Origin: Octopus sinensis
Taxonomy: Eukaryota
Assembly: GCF_006345805.1 (NCBI RefSeq)
Contig: NC_043002.1
Coordinates: 36,022,001-36,086,000 of the forward strand
DNA length: 64,000 nt
Reading direction: 5' to 3'
Below are positions 41,986 through 52,269 of this stretch, in pieces (position 1 is the first letter of the stretch; the number at the start of each line of letters is the position of its first letter). The translations under genes were made by a program, and so were the position numbers. The notes below the pieces were generated by a model. That model searched no databases. It saw nothing but the letters and a program-made list of their open reading frames with translations, and was not told where the DNA came from.

Positions 41986-42771
41986 ATACTGCCTTGTCAA
42001 TAGCCCATGGAAGGATTTGATCCTAGCTCAGCAAATTAACAAATTACTCATCAATGAACTGTAGATCTCTGTAGAAAACTGAAAGAAATGGATAATTTTG
42101 CTAACAGTATCTTCATAAGAATTACTGAATAGTGAACACAGAAAAACAAAAACAATCAATCAATCAATCCTTAGGGTGATAAGAGGGAATACTTAACACA
42201 TAGCTGTCTCTAACACTTGGACACACTGTTTCTTGTGTGTTTGTCTGTGTGCATATATACAAATATATGAGAACAATGCATGAAACTCTCAGCCCTTGAG
42301 TCACTTTGTAACTTCTGCTGATTAAAACTAACTATATATATGTATGTGTGTATGTATGTTGATAGATAGATAGATAGAGACATACCCATACACACACACA
42401 CACACAAAGATATATGGTGTGAGCTTGTAATATAAAAGATAAACTTCAATCCTGTTCCTTTCTGCCATGCTAGCTAGCATTTTTCTGTTCTTCACTTGTT
42501 TGCTCTAGTTGACATCCCCAATGTGAAATGGATTTTTTACGAGGAATTCCATTAATTTGGGGTAATAATTCACATCTTTTTCCTCTATCTCTCCCACTTC
42601 TCTATTCATTGCACTCACCTTTTATTTTTTTAATTTTGATTCTTCCCAAAACCAATTCTCAAATTATTTGCATGAGCGACTGTTGATCTTACATTTTACT
42701 CACCAGCTTTTGGGGATCAATAGAGCTTTCAATAAGACTTCTGCTTTCACACTTTTATATCATTCTTGTAA

Positions 42772-42775
42772 TTAC

Positions 42776-42826
<51 letters not shown>

Positions 42827-42870
42827 CATTATTTTCATTACTACTACCACTACTACTACTACAACTGCTG
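42772..42870. repeat. (TAT)n/(CTA)n microsatellite
   Basis: Directly visible. Confidence 0.9.
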
Positions 42871-43307
42871 CTAATATTGTCTTAATATTCATATTTTTGT
42901 ACAGTCTTTGGCAAACTCTTCAAAATGTCCCTTCAAAGACAATATTTTCAATTCTCATTCCTTTATTTTCTTTTTCTTGCTTCTTGAACTTTGGCCCTCA
43001 TCTCTCTTTTATTTATTTATTTTTTTGAATAGCTTATACATACATACATACACACTCACACACATGTATCACACAGATGCACACATACACACACACACAC
43101 ACATGCGTGCACACACACACATAGTGTACTGTTCTATTAGTTCTATTATTGATAGGATCAATGAAAATAGTTCTCCGTTCAATAAGAGGTAAGAGATAAA
43201 TATTTTCCAGTAAACACAGGATGTGAGTTATTCACGCTTGTCTGATTATTGTACTATTGGAGTATGAAACCAACAGTAGCTTACATTTAAATCCTGTATT
43301 CATTAAA

Positions 43308-43338
<31 letters not shown>

Positions 43339-43776
43339 ACCTTCCTTAAACTTTCTGTCAAGCCAGTTTGCTCACAAGGCATTGGTTTGTCTGTAACAGG
43401 AGTAGAAGACACCAGCTTACAGTTACACACAGCAGGAAATGAAGTCTGCATTTCAAAGTAACTGTCTTGACTACTTTGTTTTCATTGTGCTCGTATGCAC
43501 GTAATTATACAAAATTATAAGATTATACAAAATTCACACACACATATATTTTGAGCAATGCTTAGTATTTAAGCCAGTGCAAGCAATGTTAAAAGTCAAA
43601 GCCATGTAACTGAAGTGAGGTCCATATAGACATATGTACACTCTCTTTATGTCCCTCATAAAAATGAAAGATTTAGAATCTGAATTGTATTTTGCATTCA
43701 GTGATGTAATTTAGGTATGCATTGCATTCCTTGCAATATGTACATTTTATGTGTGTGTGTGTAGATAGATAAATAG

Positions 43777-43808
<32 letters not shown>

Positions 43809-44063
43809 ACACATATACATACAAACACGCAACACACACATATATATACATCAAGATAAACAGCATATGACTTTGCAGATGGGACCCTGTTAGAATTTTT
43901 TTCAGGTCGAGTAGCCCATCTTGCTCAAAAGGTCCTTGAAATAAGGGTTCTTTAAGGACAACATGCATGCATATGCATATATATGTATATATGTATGTAT
44001 TCGTATATATGTATGCATATATATAGATATATATATATATACATATATGTATTCATATATGTA

Positions 44064-44094
<31 letters not shown>

Positions 44095-44649
44095 TCTGAA
44101 TTTATGTAAATGTGTATATCAGTTGAATAAAGTTAAAACATGGTCTGGTTTTCACATTTTTTACTATGATATTTTTAAAAAATATAAATTTTTTTACAAT
44201 GTTGTAGTGTGCTAAACATTACAAAAAATGTTTTGTAATGTTCATAAAGTTCAATTAGCGCTTTCATATGTTCGTAGTAATCATCAGATGTTAAAATGTA
44301 TTTAACTGGCAGTTGAGTTCTTGACAACTGTAGTAAAATGACTGATTTCTTCCTTTTTGTACCTCTTAGAAGGCTTCAACAAGCCAAATTTTTGGAATAC
44401 AGTTTTGACCAATCCACATGCAATTTAAATGTCACTGTTCGCCAGGCATACCGATATTACTGGCATAGTTCCCGCCTTTATTTTAACCAACGAGCTTGCA
44501 GTTTACTTGTAATGGTTTTTATGAGTCAGCAAACTTAGTTGGTTTCAATCATTTTTATTTCAGTTGGTGAGGGTCTTCTGTACTTTCTTTATATTCATAT
44601 GTTAAAGATTTTTTTTAATCCACATCATTAAGTGGTTGTTATATTGTTG

Positions 44650-45280
44650 TTATTTCCATTCAGAACAGCCTTGAACATTTTAAGAAAACATTTTTGCTTT
44701 ATCTTTCTCCCAACTTCACTTGTGTCATGTAGTTTGTCATCATCATCATCATCATCGTCATTGTTTAACGTCCGCTTTCCATGTTGGCATGGGTTGGACA
44801 GAAACATTTTCTGACCACGTTACTATATGTTCACTCAATCGAATTTGGCGAACATTAGTGTTCCAGATTTGTTGTCTGTGGACTCATAAGCGTTCCGATA
44901 ATGCATTCCCTGTCTTGCCAATATATAGTTCCTTGCAATTTGGGCATTTAATGAAGTAGATCAAATATCTGCTTTTGCAGTTCATATCAGCATTTGCGAA
45001 AATTTGTCCATTTTTTGTTCTAATGGATCTACCAGTATGCATTTATTGACACATTCCACATCTGTTATCATTACACTTGGATACTGTGAATGTTTTATCC
45101 TGTTTGTTCATGTTGAATTTTTCCTTTGTTAATAGTTTCTTTAGATTACATTGTTGCCTTTTGCTAGTTTCTTTAGGTTATGTGGTTGCCTTTTGCTTAA
45201 GATAAGTGTTTGATTAATTATTGCGTTTATTTTAATTTTTCACTTTCTTTCATGTTGGCAAATTTGTTTTGATGATGTTA
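44650..45280 (-). pseudogene. GIY-YIG endonuclease (Penelope-like) pseudogene fragment
   Basis: LIY at about 44956-64, YIG at 44917-25, then R...H motifs and an upstream C-x4-C-x2-C. Two stops, a roughly 33-nt tandem duplication and an RTE-tail insertion at about 44737-44802. Confidence 0.85.
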
Positions 45281-45509
45281 AAAATGTTTGCTCACTCATA
45301 AAACCATTACATGTAAACTGCAAGCTAATTGGTTAAAATGCAGGCAGGATCTATGCCAGTAATATCAGTACGCCTGGCAAACTGTGACATTTAAGCTGCA
45401 TGTAGATTGGTCAAAACCATATTCCAAAAATTCAGCTTGTTGGAGCCTTCTAAGAGGTACAAAAAGGAGGAAGACAGTTGTTTTACTACAGTTGTCAAGA
45501 ACTCAACTG

Positions 45510-45822
45510 GGTGCAGATTGCAGAGATGTAACCCACTCACCCCCACTTTATTTTATTTATTTATTTAATTTTATATGGAAACCCACGTTTTCAGCTATGA
45601 CGATTCCAATTCTGGAAAAAATTGACAAAACTTGCAACTTCAAAATTTCAATTTCCACCCCCGCCATTTCTTCATTTTTCACTTTTATCAGAATTTTTTG
45701 GTGAAATATGTAGAAAAATATGGAGATTATGATTCTGAAAAAAAAATTGTTGTAAACATGGATTTCTGTAAAAAAAATAAGATAAAGTGGGAGGAGTGGG
45801 TTACGTCTCTGGTATGTGTGCC
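45510..45822. mobile_element. 313-bp MITE with about 40-bp TIRs and 8-bp TSD (Merlin-like by termini)
   Basis: CTCAACTG|GGTGCAGATTGCAGAGATGTAACCCACTC ... GAGTGGGTTACGTCTCTGGTATGTGTGCC|CTCAACTG. The empty site has a single CAGTTGAG at 44310-17 in the other arm. Confidence 0.85.
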
Positions 45823-45844
45823 CTCAACTGTCAATTAAATACAT

Positions 45845-45890
45845 TTTAATATCTGATGATCACTACGAACATATGAAAGCGCTAATTGAA
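45845..45890 (+). ncRNA. Minimal type-I hammerhead-like motif of the PLE pseudo-LTR (sense to NFAT5); mirror copy on the minus strand at about 44250-44295
   Basis: CTGATGA (45853-59)...GAAA (45875-78), palindromic stem III AGCGCT and CUA triplet. Stems I and II are imperfect. Confidence 0.5.
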
Positions 45891-46117
45891 CTTTATGAAC
45901 ATTAAAAAATATTCTTTTTAATGTTTAACATACTTCAACATTGTAAAAAACTTTATATTTTTTTAAAATAGCATAATAAAAAATGTGAAGACCAGACCAT
46001 GTTTTAACTTTATTCAACTGATATATATATATATATATATATATTCCTATACACACACACACACACACAAACACATATATATGCATATATATGTATATAT
46101 ATGTATATATATATATG

Positions 46118-46163
<46 letters not shown>

Positions 46164-46936
46164 TATATATGTATATATATATATATACATATATATATCT
46201 ATATATGCATATATAGGTATATATATGTATATATATATCGTTGTTATTATATTAAACTGTCGTATGTCCAAATTTGGTTAAATGCAGGTTTTTCTTTTCC
46301 AATATTCATTTTTGCCTGCAATAGCCAGTTCTTTTGGTCAAACTATCGTATCTCCAGCTGCTTCAGATGCCAAGATATCAAAAATTGTCAAAGTGTAGTG
46401 CAGCAGTTTTGCTATGGAATGGTGAAACTATTCTTTTGTTTTCTAGAAAAGCAATGTTTTGGGCTTACGACATTTTTGCACAATAGCAACGATACATATA
46501 TATATATAAACACAAACACACACATATATATATACCCATATACATATATATATATATATGTGTGTGTATATATATATATGTGTGTGTGTGTATATATATA
46601 TATGTGTGTGTGTGTATGTATATATATGTATATATATATATAGAGATATATACATACATATATATATACACACATATATATGTGAGTGTGTGTGTGTGTA
46701 TGTATTATACATATATTTGTGGTGGGGTGCATACAGAACTACTGCTTAGTTGACATAACTTATAGCATGGACACAGCATTGTACTGCCATTTGGTTTGCT
46801 GCTTTGTCTCACATTTCTCTGTATAAAATTCCCACATTTCTGTGTTATCTGATTTATTAGCATATTGATCAGTGCTTTTACTCTATATATCTATGCATCT
46901 ATTCCTCCATTTTCACTCTCTGCATACATGGCATGC

Positions 46937-46969
<33 letters not shown>

Positions 46970-47329
46970 TCTATGTACACAAATATGTACATGCCTATAT
47001 GTTCGTATATGCTAATATGCAAATACGTTTGCTTAATTTCTGTTTCTGTATACTTGCATTCCTTAATATGTATATATAATTATTATTGTTATAATGTACA
47101 CATGTATATACATATTATATACTATATATATATAATGCAGACACACACACACACACATATACAATGGATAGAGATAATGACCATCAATAAACATTGCATA
47201 TGCACTCTACTGTTGTACTGAGGACACTTTGATATACAGCACAAACTTACAAATTGTGTCTTTGCATATATGTATGTATGTATATGTGTGTGTGTGTATG
47301 TATATATACACACACACACAAGCATACAT

Positions 47330-47365
<36 letters not shown>

Positions 47366-47382
47366 GTAGGTAGGTAGGTGGG

Positions 47383-47426
<44 letters not shown>

Positions 47427-47428
47427 TA
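47330..47428. repeat. Compound (GATA)n/(GGTA)n/(GACA)n microsatellite
   Basis: Directly visible. Confidence 0.9.
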
Positions 47429-47707
47429 TAAGCATTTAATTCTTACTCATTAGTTCAAACAAATACATTTTGTGGGATTAACAGTTATGGATTAAATGTT
47501 TATTGACTGACAAATTTATCTTTGATTTCTTTACTCTAAAGTGGCCAGACATAGTTTCTTTGGAGTCTGAGAGTTTTGTGCATTGTACAAATCTTGAAAA
47601 AAAATTATCAAACCTTGAGCCACCTTCATAGCTTTACAGTTATAAAAAAGTTATAAATTGCCTTACATGTATAAATGTACATATAGACATGTTCATATGT
47701 GTATGTA

Positions 47708-47746
<39 letters not shown>

Positions 47747-47748
47747 CC

Positions 47749-47918
47749 AAATAAGCAACAAGTATATCCAAGATAGAGTAGTACAATTGTTTCATGCTAC
47801 TTCATTTTATTAAACAATGTAAGCATTACATCAGTGTGTAATACTTACAGTGTTTAATAAAATGAAGTAGCATGAAACAATTGTACTACTCTACCTTGGA
47901 TATACTTGTTGCTTATTT
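47749..47918. repeat. Near-perfect palindrome: 82-bp arms, 6-nt loop
   Basis: 47749-47830 pairs with 47837-47918 at 79/82 positions; loop TCAGTG. Confidence 0.95.
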
Positions 47919-48504
47919 TGATTATAATCACCTCATTTGATTTATATGGATAATACCATACAAAATTCTGGTGCCTTTAACTTAAGTACCATATTCATCT
48001 GAATCTAAATTTTGCTGAAATTATATATATATATTGTACATACTTATCTAACTGAAGTGCGCTCACATATTTATGCATACATTAATGTACTCATCTATGT
48101 GTGTGTGCACATGTGCGCACACACACGGGCTATTGATCAGGGTGTTGCACTTATTATAGTTTGAATTGCTCAGCAAAACACATCACTTCACATTGCTCCA
48201 ATTCACTCAGCTGTAAAGGATTTCCAGCAATAGCTGGAAAATTTACTCTGCAGCTGACTAGCATCCTATTCACAGGGAGTGTTGTAATCTCAGTAACTTC
48301 TATAGCATGAAAACTGAGTTATGCTTTGGCCTTATGACTCTGAAGTTTCATAACAGATCCACATAGCTGGGAAAAGAAGACAGTGATAGAGGTGGGGAGC
48401 AGTAGATGAATACAGTAGAAATAACTCAAGACAATAGAAAACAGTAACAAACAATGGTTTAGTATAGACAGAGTACCACTACCACTCTATTTGGTAATGT
48501 TTCC

Positions 48505-48920
48505 TTTGTCATGCTTTCTCAAAAGAGTGGGTTTCTCCAATACATTTTGCCAATCATTGTGGTCCTTTGTCAGCTCCTTTACAAGGTTCTGTATCTTAAG
48601 ATCAGTTTTCCCATGTCTTTTTAGGTTTCCTCTTTCACAAGTACCATCCTATGTCATCATCCATATGCATCACATATTCATGCAAACAGAGTTATCCTTC
48701 TTGCAAACTACAGCTGTTTCCCCTTATTCTCAGCTTTCCTCTCAGGTCATTTGTACCACATTGTTCATGTATGCTGATATTACACATCCAGCAGAGTATG
48801 CTCATCTCATTTCTTTCTAGCCTTTGCAAATCCTCTACATTCAGGGCTCACATCTCACTAATTTGTAGCACTGCACTTTGCATACAAGCATCATATAATT
48901 TACTCTTCACTTGGAACATA
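48505..48920 (-). mobile_element. RTE-clade LINE C-terminal fragment
   Basis: Minus translation VKSKLYDACMQSAVL..SEM*ALNVEDLQRLERNEMSILCWMCNISIHE...KRKPKKTWE...TKDHNDW. Confidence 0.8.
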
Positions 48921-49245
48921 TATATATATATATATATATACACACGCACATTTTCATATATACATATATATGTATGCATACGTTATATATATATATATAT
49001 ATAAACACTTATATTTGTGCATTGAACAGTTAGAATGAGTGCTCAACACTGCATTGGTGGATAAATATTCTTTATTTGTGGGTTATCAAGGCATCCAATG
49101 ATTTCATCCAAAATGTTGATAAGTACCAACACATCCATGTGGCATGCTTGAATAATTGTGAAAATCTCTTCACTTGAAACCATTGGTTGCCTTGTTAACC
49201 CACAAATAAAGTGTGTGTGTATGTTTATATACACACACATATATA

Positions 49246-49293
<48 letters not shown>

Positions 49294-49296
<3 letters not shown>

Positions 49297-49943
49297 TGTC
49301 TCACAGAAGTATGTACACCCCTAAACATTTTCAGTAAAATTGCCATTACTCTGATAATATCAAAAGAAATCAAATGAAATTTATACTGAATAAAATCTAT
49401 TATACAAGCAAACATTTTACAAATTTGGAATAGAAAACAAGAAACATTTTCAAATATTAGATTTCAAATGATACAAAAATATGTACACCTTAAAAGATTT
49501 TGTTATATTCAATATTTGGTATGACCACCCTTGCTTTCAAATGACTGCATTAAGTCTTCTGGGTATAGAGTCAACTAAATTTCTGCATATAACCAATGAA
49601 ATTAACCTCCATTCATCCTGAATGATGTCTTTCAACTGTCTTTCAACTTTCAACTGTGTTACATTGTGGGGGTTTTTTTCTCCTCAATCTTTCTTTTCAA
49701 AACACCCAACAGATGTTCTGTTGGACTTAAATCAGGTGACATGGTAGGTCAAGGCAATACCTTTACTTCTTTATCTGATAAAAACTTAGTTGTCATCTTT
49801 GAAGTGTGTTCAGGGTCATTATCATGTTGGAATATGATATGTCTTCCTAGTTCCTTGATGCTTTTCAACATTGTTTTCTGCAATATGTCACAATAAAGCC
49901 TTGAATCCATTTTTTAGGGTGTACATACTTCTGTGAGATACTA
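49294..49943 (-). mobile_element. Internally deleted Tc1 (DD34E, IR/DR type) element, 650 bp
   Basis: TA|CAGTGTCTCACAGAAGTATGTACACCC ... GGGTGTACATACTTCTGTGAGATACTA|TA. Minus strand gives IFQHDNDPEHTS...LP*PTMSPDLSPTEHLLG...GGHTKY*. Inner direct repeat AAAAATATGTACACC at about 49475-49489. Confidence 0.9.
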
Positions 49944-50112
49944 TATATACATATGTATACACACACACACACACACAACTAATGTTTTGAAGTGTCTTAA
50001 CTGAGGAAGATCTTGCATAAGATGAATTTCCTTTTTTGTCTATAGTGCAATGATCTGAAACATATGTATTAAACGCATTCAAAATATCATTACTTGGTTT
50101 TATTACATATTA

Positions 50113-50186
<74 letters not shown>

Positions 50187-52168
50187 TATATAGATGCCCT
50201 TCAGCAGGATATATACATTTAGTCTTATTCACAGTTGGTGAATGTAATTTAATGCTGTTTCATTGAGCTTTTTGCAGCCCAGTAAGCTTTCCACTATACT
50301 AGTTTAGGTTTATTCAGTTTCCTATATATCAAAGCATGAATTTTATCTTAGCAAATGACAAATGGGTCTACAGCATTAATAAACTTGAACTTGAGTGAAA
50401 TACATCTATTGTTCTAATGAGTCCCTGCTGCTATGATGTTCTCTTCATTCTGATGTTTTTAACACATGTCTATGAAGACATTTTCTCCCAGACAAAAACA
50501 TTACCAGAGCATCATACTTTTCAACAGTTTATATACATTAAATATGATATGCACACTCATGTGCGCACACATATATACACATACACATACACTCACACAC
50601 CACAAACATATATGCATATAAGTGTGTGTGTGTGCACGCATGTATATATATATACTATGCCATATTTAAAAAATACATAACACTATTCAAAAAGTACTGT
50701 GTTTTTATTTATAAAGTAATACAAATTAGCATGTTTTTTCAGCCACCAATGGTTTTGTAGTTCTGGAATTTTAGCCCTGTTTATTTCCACATAATATAAA
50801 AAGTATGCGATATCTTTTGGAGAAATGTTTTTTTTTCTCTCAATTTTAAAAAAATTTCACCTGTATCAAGCTGAACATCTCATCCTCAGAAGAAGCAAGT
50901 TATTTCCTTTAATTGTGGTATTTGCTGTCACTAGGAAACAAAAAATTATTCTACTTGTTTGAACTTGAAGTAAAATGAAGATGTTAAATGTGATTGAAGG
51001 AGAATACCCTTTGTCTGTCACTGTGGAAGAAGAGGATGACTGGTATAGAAAAGAAAAAAAGATGAAAATAATGTGATTAATGTTAGGAGAAAAGTTGAAA
51101 GAGACAGGAGAAAAGGTAGTGTAGATGCAGTTACCTACCTTGACAGCGGGTTTAAATGCTAGATGGTGCAAGCAGCTGTGAGATTCTGACACAAGGCCTT
51201 GCAACTTCCTCTTTTGGCATCTAAACATCGGAGAGCAAAGACATGATTTACTTGGCTCTCTTACAACACATGCCAATTAGCAGACATGAGGTAGTACACA
51301 TAATATGACCATGGCTTCCATTCATCAAACTCTTTCCTTTATTGATCAATTGTATCTGTTTGAGACCACAAGTATTTAAAGTTACAGCCTTCTGAATGGA
51401 GACCTCATTAGATGGCTTCAAGACCATTTTGGATGGTGATGTTCTCAGGTTGTGAAGTCATCTAAAGTAGTTTCAGGTGAAGGAATATCAGGTTTCTGTA
51501 CATGTATGTGGTTCTAGTTGCATGAAATTCTCAAAACCCTTCATATACAAAACTTGTGTTTAAGCTCTAGATCAAAGGTATTTGGGAAATGTAGACATTT
51601 GAAAAAGCACATTACACATCTAGAAAACACCAACCTCACCTGACTAGAATATTTCTACTTTCGTTTTTAGTTTACTAACCATTTTCTACCTCTATCCCTA
51701 TTATTCCACTTCATTGACAAAGGTTAAGTTCCCTTAATCACATTTAACTCCTTTTGTTTCTTTAAAAATTTGCAAGCAATTATATTGTGTCTGTTTTTTC
51801 AGTGGCTACAATATTAGAATTAAGGGTAAACACTTGCTATTGCTGAGGATAAGTTTTTCACTTTGATGGAAATAGAATGTTGTAAAGATAAAATAATTCT
51901 CATGTTTTTCTATACTATGTGGAGATAAACAAGTCCTGAAGATACAGATCACAAAAGTGATGGTAGCCCACATAAGTTAACTCATGTTGCTTTATAGATA
52001 TAAATACACATGCACACACTCATATACATACAGTACACATGCATACACACACACACACATACATAGACAGACATGCACATGTACATAATACATACAATTG
52101 TTTATATTTAAATACACATGTCTACAAGTATATAGCATGTTGTGTGTATTTACACATGTATGTATGTG

Positions 52169-52269
<101 letters not shown>

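Larger units (their letters stand above)
44119..46021 (-). mobile_element. Penelope-like retroelement remnant with GIY-YIG endonuclease and about 415-bp inverted pseudo-LTRs
   Basis: Arms 44119-44534 and 45286-46021 (minus the nested insert) are inverted copies. Minus-strand interior translates SKRQPHNLKKL...CNDNRCGMC...NCKSRYLIYFIKCPNCKELYIGKTGNALSERL*VHRQQI...LSEHI...RKIKQKCFLKMFKAVLN. Confidence 0.85.

Noticed and set aside
44117-46023. Interpretation as a TA-TSD Tc1/mariner or foldback DNA transposon
   Set aside because: The interior encodes GIY-YIG rather than DDE, and the arms carry a hammerhead-like motif. The flanking TA comes from TA-rich microsatellite context.
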